From a bacterium (GTDB lineage: Bacteria > Zhuqueibacterota > Zhuqueibacteria > Oceanimicrobiales > Oceanimicrobiaceae): DNA of 22,867 nucleotides. Below the pieces are notes generated by a model. The model saw only the letters and a program-made list of their open reading frames with translations, ran no database searches and had not been told where the DNA came from. The stretch's first letter is position 1. Each line of letters starts with the position of its first letter. Positions 1 through 8,274 of this stretch are shown here, in pieces. Both the position numbers and the translations under genes were made by a program. The DNA lies in the NCBI GenBank assembly GCA_046758365.1, contig JBHIAC010000036.1, forward strand, positions 1 to 22,867. Reading direction: 5' to 3'.

Positions 1-2
1 TC

Positions 3-107
3 AAGATTGTTGATTTTGGCTTGGCAAAGCTGGCTGGTAGAACCATGCTTACCAAAGAAGGAACGACGCTTGGCACGGTGGCCTACATGTCGCCAGAGCA
101 AACACAG
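3..107 (+). pseudogene. Kinase fragment 1 (subdomains VII-VIII), partial at window edge
   Basis: Hand translation KIVDFGLAK...[10 protein letters not shown]; missing from the ORF track because it has no start codon. Confidence 0.92.
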
Positions 108-432
108 AGCCGCAGAGCCGCAACCAGAAGAAAAAATCGATTCGGCGAGTCTCGGTGACCTTCGGCACTGTTCGGTGGAAAGAAATTTTTAGACCACCGA
201 AAATCACCGAAGTCGCCGAAGGTCACCGAAAAACTTTGTGTCCTTGTGGTTAGTACTTAAACAATAAAATCCTTACTCGAAATGCAAAGAAATTGATAAG
301 ACAAAATAATTGACGACAAAATCATTAATAATTATTTTGTCTTTAATCATTTTGTCTTTTTAGGTTCCGGCTTGTCCAATTATTCAGATAAAAAAACTTT
401 GCTAAAAAAACAACGTGTTGCAGATTTGCAGT
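104..432. mobile_element. 329-bp non-coding palindromic insertion element A inside the kinase domain
   Basis: Exact removal restores the kinase frame. Left motif GCCGCAACCAGAA (117-129), right motif TTGCTAAAAAAACAA (399-413), internal inverted repeats 141-178/194-230 and 298-311/330-343. ACAG is present at both junctions (104-107, 433-436). Confidence 0.85.
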
Positions 433-436
433 ACAG

Positions 437-799
437 GGAACAGAGGTCGACCACCGCACCGACATCTGGGCGCTGGGCGTCATGCTGTATGAGATGCTCG
501 CCGGAGAACACCCTTTTGAAGGTGACTATGAACAGGCCGTGATGTATTCCATTATGAATGAAGAGCCGAAGCCTATTAAGAAAGTTAATCCCGCTGTTCC
601 ACCGGAGTTGCAACAAATCGTCAATCGTGCTTTGCAGAAAAATCCTGAATCGCGTTATCCATCAGCGGCAGCAATTTTAAAAGATCTGAGGGGATATCAG
701 GACAGCCTGAGAGCGGTGGAAATGGGGGCATTTGACCTGCGAACGTTCCTTCGTCGTATCCGCACAAGCCAGGTGTCGCAGTCCCGGCAATTGGTATGA
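437..799 (+). pseudogene. Kinase fragment 2 (subdomains IX-XI), ends by frameshift near 764
   Basis: DHRTDIWALGVMLYEMLAGEHPF...IVNRALQKNPESRYPSA. After RRIR the plausible sequence (KPGVAVPAIGMILLII) continues in the frame of ORF 796. Confidence 0.9.
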
Positions 800-2802
800 T
801 CCTTCTCATCATCCTCGGTGCCGTCTGGTTCTTCAACCGCCAGGCCAAAATCCGTTGGGCGCGGGAAGAGGCGTTGCCAGAGATTGAGCGCCTGGTTGAA
901 ACAAACTGGCGGGACTTCACCGATGCTTACAAGCTTGCTGAGCAGGCGGAAAAATACATTCCGAATGATCCTGAGCTTGCTGACTTGCTTTCCAAAAGTT
1001 CATTGACGATCAACATCAAAACAGAGCCGCCCGGTGCAAGTGTTTATATGAAAAAGTACAAATCTCCGTACAGTGAATGGAACTATGTAGGTGTTTCGCC
1101 TATCGATAGCATTAGAGTACCGATCGGCATCTTCCGATGGAAAATAGAATTAGAAGGCTATGAGACAGTCATGGCTGCGGCTTCCACCTGGGACCTAGAA
1201 TTCGTGGGCAAAAATCTCCTAATCCCGAATGATCTTGTGAGAGTGTTAGATCAGCAAGGAAGCATCCCGCCGGGGATGGTGCGGGTGTCAGGCGCACAAA
1301 CGCCGCTGGGGACGTTAGAAGATTTCTTTATAGACAGGTACGAAGTCACCAATGAAGCGTACAAAGCATTCATAGACAGCGGTGGATATAAAAACCGGGA
1401 CTACTGGACTCACGAATTCTTCTACGAAGGAAGGGTGCTTACCTGGAAGGAGGCTATGGCCGAATTTGTCGATCAAACCAGCAGGCCCGGCCCGGCTACC
1501 TGGCAGGTAGGAGATTGTCCCGTGGGACAGGATAACTATCCGGTTTCAGGAATCAGTTGGTATGAGGCAGCAGCCTATGCAGCATTTGTCAGGAAAAGCT
1601 TGCCAACTGGACATCATTGGGGAATTGCAAGGGGTAAATATACTCCTTTAATCAGATGGTTCCAACTCGGAGGGTTCGCTGTTTTTGCTCCTTTCAGTAA
1701 TTTTGAGGGCAAAGGTCCTGTTCCGGTGGGAAGTCTTCTGGGCATAACACCCTATGGAGCCTATGATATGGCCGGGAATGTGCGGGAATGGTGCTGGAAC
1801 GAAACCCCTTGGGGGAGATTAATCAGGGGCGGAGCCTGGAACGATAACACCCCCCTTTTCAAATTTTTGAGTCAAGCTCCTCCCTTTGATCGTTCTCCAA
1901 GAAATGGATTCCGGTGCGCTCTCTATCCTGATCCTGAGAAAATTCCCGAATCAGCGTTTGCAATAACAACATTTGGTGAAACCAGGGATTATTACAAAGA
2001 AAAACCCGTTTCAGATGCCATTTTTCAGGTTTACAAAGAGCAATTCTCTTACGATAAAACCACTCTGAATGCCCGCCTGGAATCGCGAGATGAAAGTGCC
2101 GAAGATTGGATTTCTGAGCGGATTACCTTTGATGCGGCTTATGGAAGCGAGCGTATCATTGCCCATCTTTTTCTGCCAAAAAACACATCGCCCCCCTATC
2201 AGACCGTCATCTATTTCCCCGGCGCGGCTTCCGTATGGGAAAAATCGAGCGAAGACCTTATAAACTATTATGAATTTTCGGATTTCCTTTCTTTTATCGT
2301 GAAAAACGGTCGGGCTGCCCTCTATCCTGTCTATAAAGGGACATTCGAACGCGGAGATGATGCTTTGACTCAAATCTATCTGGGAGACAATTCCCATTCT
2401 TATACGGATTACTTGATTCAATTGGTCAAAGATTTTAAAAGATGCCTCGACTATCTGGAGACTCGTCAGGATATTGACAGTCAGAAGTTTGCCTTCTATG
2501 GCATGAGTTGGGGAGGGACGTTCGGAACAATCATCCCGGCTGTGGAGGAACGACTCCAGACAATAATTTTACTAGGAGGAGGCCTTCGGCGGCTTGGTCG
2601 CCCGGAAGCACATCAGTTCAATTATGTTACCCGGGTGAAAACGCCAACGCTGATGTTAAACGGCATATACGACTCGTATTTCCCCTTTGAGACATTAATA
2701 AAGCCGATGTTTGACCTTTTAGGAACTCCGGATGAACCTAGCGCGACCTTCGGCCGCAACCAAAATATTAAGCCACGGATTGACACGGATGCGCACGGAT
2801 GA
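796..2802 (+). CDS. TM + FGE-sulfatase domain + alpha/beta-hydrolase domain (largest fragment of the split gene; last about 21 codons are insertion-derived)
   Basis: FGE motifs FFIDRYEVTN, PVSGISWYEAAAYA, GAYDMAGNVREW, RGGAW, NGFRC; hydrolase nucleophile elbow GMSWG and acid motif GIYD. The tail PSATFGRNQ... is read from insertion B. Confidence 0.85.
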   Translation: MILLIILGAVWFFNRQAKIRWAREEALPEIERLVETNWRDFTDAYKLAEQAEKYIPNDPELADLLSKSSLTINIKTEPPGASVYMKKYKSPYSEWNYVGVSPIDSIRVPIGIFRWKIELEGYETVMAAASTWDLEFVGKNLLIPNDLVRVLDQQGSIPPGMVRVSGAQTPLGTLEDFFIDRYEVTNEAYKAFIDSGGYKNRDYWTHEFFYEGRVLTWKEAMAEFVDQTSRPGPATWQVGDCPVGQDNYPVSGISWYEAAAYAAFVRKSLPTGHHWGIARGKYTPLIRWFQLGGFAVFAPFSNFEGKGPVPVGSLLGITPYGAYDMAGNVREWCWNETPWGRLIRGGAWNDNTPLFKFLSQAPPFDRSPRNGFRCALYPDPEKIPESAFAITTFGETRDYYKEKPVSDAIFQVYKEQFSYDKTTLNARLESRDESAEDWISERITFDAAYGSERIIAHLFLPKNTSPPYQTVIYFPGAASVWEKSSEDLINYYEFSDFLSFIVKNGRAALYPVYKGTFERGDDALTQIYLGDNSHSYTDYLIQLVKDFKRCLDYLETRQDIDSQKFAFYGMSWGGTFGTIIPAVEERLQTIILLGGGLRRLGRPEAHQFNYVTRVKTPTLMLNGIYDSYFPFETLIKPMFDLLGTPDEPSATFGRNQNIKPRIDTDAHG

Positions 2803-2979
2803 ATGCGTAGAGTGTGAAAAATAATGTACGATATCATAAAGCTAATAATTTGAAATGTACTCACAGCCACATTTATTGAATCTGTGTTTCATCCGTGCAA
2901 ATCTGTGGCTAAAATATTTTTTGTTCTAATTAGATGGTCAAAACCTTGCTAAAAAAACAAGGTTTGACAAGATTGTAAT
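2738..2979. mobile_element. 242-bp non-coding palindromic insertion element B inside the hydrolase domain
   Basis: Exact removal gives GTPDE-H-KELKLYETDH in frame. Left motif GCCGCAACCAAAA (2753-2765), right motif TTGCTAAAAAAACAA (2946-2960), internal inverted repeat 2771-2800/2880-2910. Confidence 0.85.
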
Positions 2980-3083
2980 ACAAGGAACTGAAGTTATACG
3001 AAACTGACCATATCCCGCCTAAAAATGATTTTATCAAGGAAATCCTGGCCTGGCTCGACCGCTATTTGGGGCCGGTGGAATAG
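2980..3083 (+). pseudogene. Detached C-terminus of the hydrolase domain, carrying the probable catalytic His (ETDH)
   Basis: Translation from 2982: KELKLYETDHIPPKNDFIKEILAWLDRYLGPVE-stop, a typical alpha/beta-hydrolase ending. Confidence 0.85.
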
Positions 3084-3162
3084 AAGGTTCTAGAATAGGA
3101 TTCTGAGAAAACAGAATTGACTCAATCAACTTAGACAGGATTGTAGAAATGGCTAAAGGATT

Positions 3163-3293
3163 GTATAACAATTGTTTGGAGCGGATGGTGGAGTTTGAGT
3201 GCTCTCGGTTGCTTTTGGAGGTTTGCAAAGCTCAATCTTGCTCAGTCAGTTAGAAGTGGTTAAATTCACCACCGCTCAAACATTTCGTTACGC
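3163..3293 (+). other. Integron attC-like recombination site
   Basis: R'' GTATAAC (3163-3169) and R' GTTACGC (3287-3293). Arms TGTTTGGAGCGGATGGTGGAGTTT and AAATTCACCACCGCTCAAACA pair, with unpaired extra bases in the left arm. 131 bp, downstream of a co-oriented gene. Confidence 0.8.
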
Positions 3294-3309
3294 TTTCAGG
3301 CAGAAAGGC

Positions 3310-4776
3310 TTATTCCAAATTAAATGATACCTTGCTATCCTGCTTCATGAGTGTCTCAATTTCTGCAATTTCCCGCGGCGCTTTGTCAGAAAGTATTTTA
3401 TAGCCGTCGGGGGTGATAAGGACATCATCTTCAATCCGAACACCAATATTCCAATAGGCTTTATCCGCCTCAGCCCCCTCACGGATATAAATTCCTGGTT
3501 CAACCGTAATAACCATGCCGGGTTGAAGCAAACCGTAATCCCCAACATCATGAACGTCCAAACCCACATAATGGCTCGTGCTGTGAATAAAATATTTCCC
3601 ATATCCGGCATCTGTAATCACTTTTTGGGCTACTTTGTGAATATCTCGGAACCGCACGCCGGGTTTTATGGCAGCCATAGCGTCTTTTTGAGCACGTAAA
3701 ACGATTTCATATATTTCTTGCTGCTCTTTGGTAAATTTTCCACTCACTGGAATAGTTCGAGTCACATCTGCAGCGTAGCTGTGATATTCAGCCCCGATGT
3801 CCATGACCACCACATCCCCTGCTTGCATTTTACGTCGATTCTTCCAATAATGCAAAATAGTTGAATTAGGACCGGAGCCCACTGTGGATGGAAACGCCGA
3901 ATACTCAGCGCCGGCCCATTTAAAAATGTATTCGATAATGGCCTCCAACTGATACTCGTACATCCCCGGTTTTGCACTCCGCATAGCTTCAATATGAGCC
4001 ACACAAGTGATGTCGATTGCTTTTCGCATTAGCTGCAATTCTTCTGGAGATTTTATCTGGCGAAGGCTGGATAAGATCTTTCTTGGAGACTTAACCTCTA
4101 ACTCCGGAAACTTCTCTTTTATTGTTTCCTTAGCATACGGACCTAAAAAATACCTTTTGTCGCTAATTTGATTATGCAAAAATTCGGTTTGAAAGGAATA
4201 AAAAAGAATTTTTCTTCCCTTAAGAAAATTTTCCAACTCATTATTAAACATGTCATAAGTTTTAACGACTTCAAAACCGAGTTCATTTTTTGCTTCTTCA
4301 ACTGTAATATATGGCCCTTCAAAATATTTTATAAAATGCCGAGGTTTTGGGACAAACAAAATTTCCTCAGTCATTGTGCTGTCGGTTTCAATTCCCTCTT
4401 TGACCAACACTAAAACCGTATTGTGATCGGTTATACCAGTAAGATAATAAAGATTATTTGCCTGATGATATTCATACTCAATATCATTAGAACGGATTTT
4501 TACTTTTGCTGAGTGAAAGACTGCAACAGAGCTGTCTGGCAGTTGTGCCAGCACTGCCGATCTACGTCTGGCATAAATCTCTGGTGAAAGAAAGTCTAAA
4601 TCTTGTGAAAAAACGATTGCATTAAAATATTGAAAAACTAAAAAAGTTATAAATACGAATGCATCAATACTTAAAATTCTATTTTTCATAAAAAATTGTT
4701 TTTTCTTAACCAGCGTTATTTTTGATTTTGTATAGAGAAATATAGGATAGGTCATGCGCCATCCCCTGTTTTTCAT
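3310..4776 (-). CDS. pepP: Xaa-Pro aminopeptidase (M24B) with probable N-terminal signal peptide; real start likely 4689
   Basis: AMP_N-like N-domain (YHQANNLYYLTG); metal-ligand motifs DIGAEY, YAADVTRT, HYVGLDVHD, TVEPGIY, GVRIEDD. Confidence 0.93.
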   Translation of the reverse strand: MKNRGWRMTYPIFLYTKSKITLVKKKQFFMKNRILSIDAFVFITFLVFQYFNAIVFSQDLDFLSPEIYARRRSAVLAQLPDSSVAVFHSAKVKIRSNDIEYEYHQANNLYYLTGITDHNTVLVLVKEGIETDSTMTEEILFVPKPRHFIKYFEGPYITVEEAKNELGFEVVKTYDMFNNELENFLKGRKILFYSFQTEFLHNQISDKRYFLGPYAKETIKEKFPELEVKSPRKILSSLRQIKSPEELQLMRKAIDITCVAHIEAMRSAKPGMYEYQLEAIIEYIFKWAGAEYSAFPSTVGSGPNSTILHYWKNRRKMQAGDVVVMDIGAEYHSYAADVTRTIPVSGKFTKEQQEIYEIVLRAQKDAMAAIKPGVRFRDIHKVAQKVITDAGYGKYFIHSTSHYVGLDVHDVGDYGLLQPGMVITVEPGIYIREGAEADKAYWNIGVRIEDDVLITPDGYKILSDKAPREIAEIETLMKQDSKVSFNLE

Positions 4777-4805
4777 TTTTCATTACCCATCAACGACAAA
4801 AAGCC

Positions 4806-6044
4806 TTACGCCTCCTTTTTCTTGGCAATTTCAGGTTTCTTCTTAGCTTTGGATAATGACATTATGCCGGGTAAATTTATGCCAGCTAAAAATTCCAGAG
4901 ACGCACCTCCACCAGTAGAGATATGGGATATTTTATCTTTCACACCCGCTTTTTCAATGGCTGCAATGGAATCACCTCCTCCAATCACTGTAAACGCTCC
5001 TTGTTCTGTTACCCGTGCTACAGCTTTAGCAATTTCAATAGATCCCTTAGCAAATTCATCCTTTTCAAATATTCCCATAGGGCCATTCCAAAAAACTGTT
5101 TTGGCCGTGAAAATCTTTTCCTTAAAAGCAGCTACAGTTTTGGGACCGATGTCTACGCCCTTCCAGCCGTTTAGGATTTCTACGCGATCGCAAACCTTGT
5201 ACTTTGATTCATTTTTGACACTGGCAATGACATGATCCAAGGGAAGAATAAATTCCAATTTTTTATATGGGTGTGGGTATTTAACCACTATCAAGGTATT
5301 ATAAGCTATGGAAATTTTATCTTCTTCCACAAGAGAATCCCCAACTTGAACATCTTTGGCTTTAAGAAATGTATAAGCCATACCCCCCCCAATTAACATG
5401 GCGCTCACACGGGTTACCAAATTATGAATCACTTTTAATTTATCCGAAACCTTAGCGCCACCCAAAATTACTACAAACGGTTTCTCTGGAGCTTCTAAAA
5501 GTTTTGTCAAATTTTCCACCTCAGACTGAAGTAAATATCCTGCTGCCGCTTCTTTCAAATGTTTTGTTACGCCTTCGGTTGAAGCGTGGGCACGATGAGC
5601 CGCTCCAAACGCATCATTCACAAAAACATCCCCCAAACTGGCTAACTGTTTTGAGAATTCAGGGTCATTGCTGGTTTCTTCTATATGGAATCGAGTATTC
5701 TCAAGCAACAAGACATCTCCCGCTTGCAGTACGCTAACCATCTGTTCAACCGTTCCGCCTACACAGTCGGGGGCTATTTTGACTTCTTTTCCCAGTACTT
5801 CTGAAAGACGCGTTGCCACGGGTTTAAGACTAAACTTCGCTTTTACCTCTCCTTTGGGTCTCCCTAAATGTGACATTAAAATCAGTGTGCCACCATCAGC
5901 AATGATTTTTTTTATAGTAGGTAAAGCCGCTTGAATACGGGTATCATCGGTAACTTTTCCATCGGAAATAGGAACATTAAAATCAACGCGAGTCAAGACT
6001 CGTTTTCCTTTAAGTTCTAAATCATCGATAACAAGTCTATCCAT
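4806..6044 (-). CDS. pgk: Phosphoglycerate kinase
   Basis: RVDFNVP, SHLGRP, LLENTRF, NDAFGAAHRAHAS, GGAKVSDK, WNGPMG, GGGDS, HISTGGGASLE; GGAGGTG RBS upstream. Confidence 0.98.
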   Translation of the reverse strand: MDRLVIDDLELKGKRVLTRVDFNVPISDGKVTDDTRIQAALPTIKKIIADGGTLILMSHLGRPKGEVKAKFSLKPVATRLSEVLGKEVKIAPDCVGGTVEQMVSVLQAGDVLLLENTRFHIEETSNDPEFSKQLASLGDVFVNDAFGAAHRAHASTEGVTKHLKEAAAGYLLQSEVENLTKLLEAPEKPFVVILGGAKVSDKLKVIHNLVTRVSAMLIGGGMAYTFLKAKDVQVGDSLVEEDKISIAYNTLIVVKYPHPYKKLEFILPLDHVIASVKNESKYKVCDRVEILNGWKGVDIGPKTVAAFKEKIFTAKTVFWNGPMGIFEKDEFAKGSIEIAKAVARVTEQGAFTVIGGGDSIAAIEKAGVKDKISHISTGGGASLEFLAGINLPGIMSLSKAKKKPEIAKKKEA

Positions 6045-6342
6045 TTCACCTCCTGCAAATTTTAATTAATAATTTCTAAGATACTTTTTTTTCCAACAAA
6101 GTCAAGGTATTATCGAATGCATATTTAAAAATTCAATCATGAGTAATTAGGATCGTTCAGTATATTCATGCTGAATGCAAAATAAAATAGGATATTTATC
6201 CCTCTATTCGGTTAATCCGTGGGGACTAATGACCTTTTATATTTTATGTCCCGGCCAATGGATCAGAAACTATAGTTTTCGACCAGGCCTCTAGGCAAGT
6301 TGGGTAAAAGTTAGCACAAAATTTTAGGCTTGGACTATTGAA

Positions 6343-6693
6343 TTAAATTATGAATTGTTCAAGTCTTGAGGAGTTTTTATTATTCATTTCTGTTAACTGA
6401 AGAATGCAAATGCACTCATCGCTGGTGGGTTTCGGCTTTACTCTTAGAAGTGTTGTAGTCGCATCAATAGAAACGCCATCGGGAAGTTGAATTTCGACTT
6501 TGGGTGTGAATCGTTTAACTGTTCTTGCTACCTTTTTCCAATGAATGACAAACGCCACACCACCAAGACTGAGATTGATTATTTGACCTTCCAATGGTTT
6601 TCCCTTCACACCGAAAACTTTTATTTTCCACTGACTATCGTGTGAAGTATCAATTCTTGGATATTTTCTTTTTTCAAAGCTATATTTTATCAT
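6343..6693 (-). CDS. Stand-alone PilZ domain protein (probable c-di-GMP receptor)
   Basis: RKYPR (RxxxR) and NLSLGG ([D/N]xSxxG) motifs in a 116-aa protein. Confidence 0.85.
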   Translation of the reverse strand: MIKYSFEKRKYPRIDTSHDSQWKIKVFGVKGKPLEGQIINLSLGGVAFVIHWKKVARTVKRFTPKVEIQLPDGVSIDATTTLLRVKPKPTSDECICILQLTEMNNKNSSRLEQFII

Positions 6694-6978
6694 TTCTAAT
6701 TATGTAGACTAAAAAAAGAATCTAATTCTCTCAAAAATATTTATAATTAATTCCAGATCCCTTAAAGGAACACTCAGTCAAACATATTGAATCTTTCATA
6801 TTTAAATATTATTGTAACTACTAAAGTGTCTACATTTTAAAAAAATGTATTAAAATAAGCAAGAAAAAAATGACCCACACAAACGTGCCAGGTCATAAAA
6901 ATATAATTAAAGTGTATAGATATTTGATTGATACTAAGGTCTTAATTTTAAAGAATTATGGCTTTTGAATTTGGAAGG

Positions 6979-8274
6979 TTACAATTCTTTTAAAGTATGG
7001 TAGATAAGTTCAATAAGCTCAACAGGAATTTGACTACCAGGACTTATGATTTCCCGGACGTGCTTTGAAATATTCCAACTCGCAGTCCACAGATTCCATT
7101 CGTTATAAAATTCTCTGCTCTCCACATAATTAACAATTGAGTGCGAAATTATTTGAATTGCGTTGTCTCTAATTTCAGGATCGGATAAATCAAACATCAG
7201 TTTTATTTCAAATTGAGTTAAAAATTGGGCGACAATTTCTGCAACCAATTTTTCATGGGAGGTAGAGATTTCCTGACTTATATTCTTGCTACCTTTTCGT
7301 TTCACCGTACGGCCATTGCTACTTTTTTGAAAATCGTCAGTTGTAGAAAAAGCACCAGTTCCAAGATTTTGATTATTTCTTCTAAATTTATAAAAGTCAG
7401 GACGTTTACTTGTGGGATTTTGATAAAGAATTATCCAGTCTGCTAATGGTTCCATAATTTGGTAGTGTTCCTGATTAGCCCGTACATAAAAAATTGTTAA
7501 AGGTGTGTAATCGTTTAAATTACCTGAATTTAGTCTTAAAATGTAGGTTCCGTAGGGTAAAGCCACATACGTTTCAACTTCTCCTGAACTCCTGAATACC
7601 TCAGCAAATGCTTTTTTTATTCTTGACTCAGCCAGTTCAAAGGTATATTCAGAATCCAAATGATTGGGGTCTGGTACTTTGATGAGTTCAATCATTTGCG
7701 GATCAAAATTTGCCGTTACCATAAAATTTTTAAAAGATATATTTACTTTTCCAAAAGATAGTAGTCCTTGACCTTTGTCTTGTAAAAGATCTATGAGACG
7801 ATAATAGGTTTTATCTCCAGCTTGAATCACTTGAGGTAAATCCCTATATATAACTGGTGGCTCATCGGTATTTTGGTAAAGTCTAAGTGCTTCATAATAT
7901 TCATAGCAGGCTTTTTCATAATATTCGATATTTAGAGGTGCTTTTTCTAAAAACATCAAAGCCTTAAAAATAAGTGTGCGGGCAGCGATGTTGCGAGGTG
8001 TTTGAGTTTTTCTTTCAGCGAGAGTTAGGGTTTCGTAAATCTCCATAACCTGGTTGATATAAACCGTCAACAGCTCTTCAAATGCCTCCAGTTCATTTAC
8101 ACTTGATTTGTCTTCGTAGTAAAGCTTTTGGTATTCAAGGTAGGTATTGAGGATATTATTCTCATATTGATGCATTCTTTTTACAAGAACACCCTGGTCT
8201 TGCTGTAAAAATCTGCTAAACGCAGTGCCAACAAATAGTGCACAAATGCACAAAATAGCAGCAATTCCCTTCAT
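6979..8274 (-). CDS. Exported hypothetical protein, 431 aa; N-terminal helical domain paralogous to 8271-8843
   Basis: Signal-peptide-like N-terminus; its start overlaps the upstream stop (ATGA); blocks NELEAFEELL, NIAARTLIF, KACYEY, GDKTYYRLIDLL. Confidence 0.8.
   Translation of the reverse strand: MKGIAAILCICALFVGTAFSRFLQQDQGVLVKRMHQYENNILNTYLEYQKLYYEDKSSVNELEAFEELLTVYINQVMEIYETLTLAERKTQTPRNIAARTLIFKALMFLEKAPLNIEYYEKACYEYYEALRLYQNTDEPPVIYRDLPQVIQAGDKTYYRLIDLLQDKGQGLLSFGKVNISFKNFMVTANFDPQMIELIKVPDPNHLDSEYTFELAESRIKKAFAEVFRSSGEVETYVALPYGTYILRLNSGNLNDYTPLTIFYVRANQEHYQIMEPLADWIILYQNPTSKRPDFYKFRRNNQNLGTGAFSTTDDFQKSSNGRTVKRKGSKNISQEISTSHEKLVAEIVAQFLTQFEIKLMFDLSDPEIRDNAIQIISHSIVNYVESREFYNEWNLWTASWNISKHVREIISPGSQIPVELIELIYHTLKEL

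Larger units (their letters stand above)
3..3083 (+). pseudogene. Interrupted gene for a Ser/Thr protein kinase - TM - FGE-sulfatase (SUMF1/EgtB/PvdO-type) - alpha/beta-hydrolase fusion; 5' part lies outside the window
   Basis: The frame from 3 reads [35 protein letters not shown] (kinase DFG and SPE motifs) and resumes at 437 with GTEVDHRTDIWALGVMLYEML (subdomain IX). There is a frameshift near 764, then ORF 796-2802, then a final piece 2982-3083 KELKLYETDHIPPKNDFIKEILAWLDRYLGPVE*. Removing 104-432, 2 nt at about 764 and 2738-2979 gives one continuous frame. Confidence 0.88.

Noticed and set aside
7..192. 61-aa ORF in the track
   Set aside because: Wrong frame; the kinase motifs are in the frame starting at 3 and the rest is insertion A.
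141..230. Short repeats as a CRISPR array
   Set aside because: Units are about 10 bp, inverted and lack unique spacers; no cas genes.
104..432. Group I or II intron (also considered for 2738-2979)
   Set aside because: No GUGYG start, domain V or group I core recognisable; splicing is not excluded but is unsupported.
3034..3228. 64-aa minus-strand ORF
   Set aside because: Overlaps the hydrolase C-terminus and the attC site; no recognisable features.
4822..5934. Antisense ORFs over pgk, and similar shadow ORFs over other genes (e.g. 2011-2421, 10577-11128, 21521-22299)
   Set aside because: They lie opposite or within well-supported genes and have no motifs of their own.
6170..6320. Riboswitch or ncRNA upstream of pgk (hairpin near 6252-6288)
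   Set aside because: Only an imperfect hairpin; no family consensus recognised.
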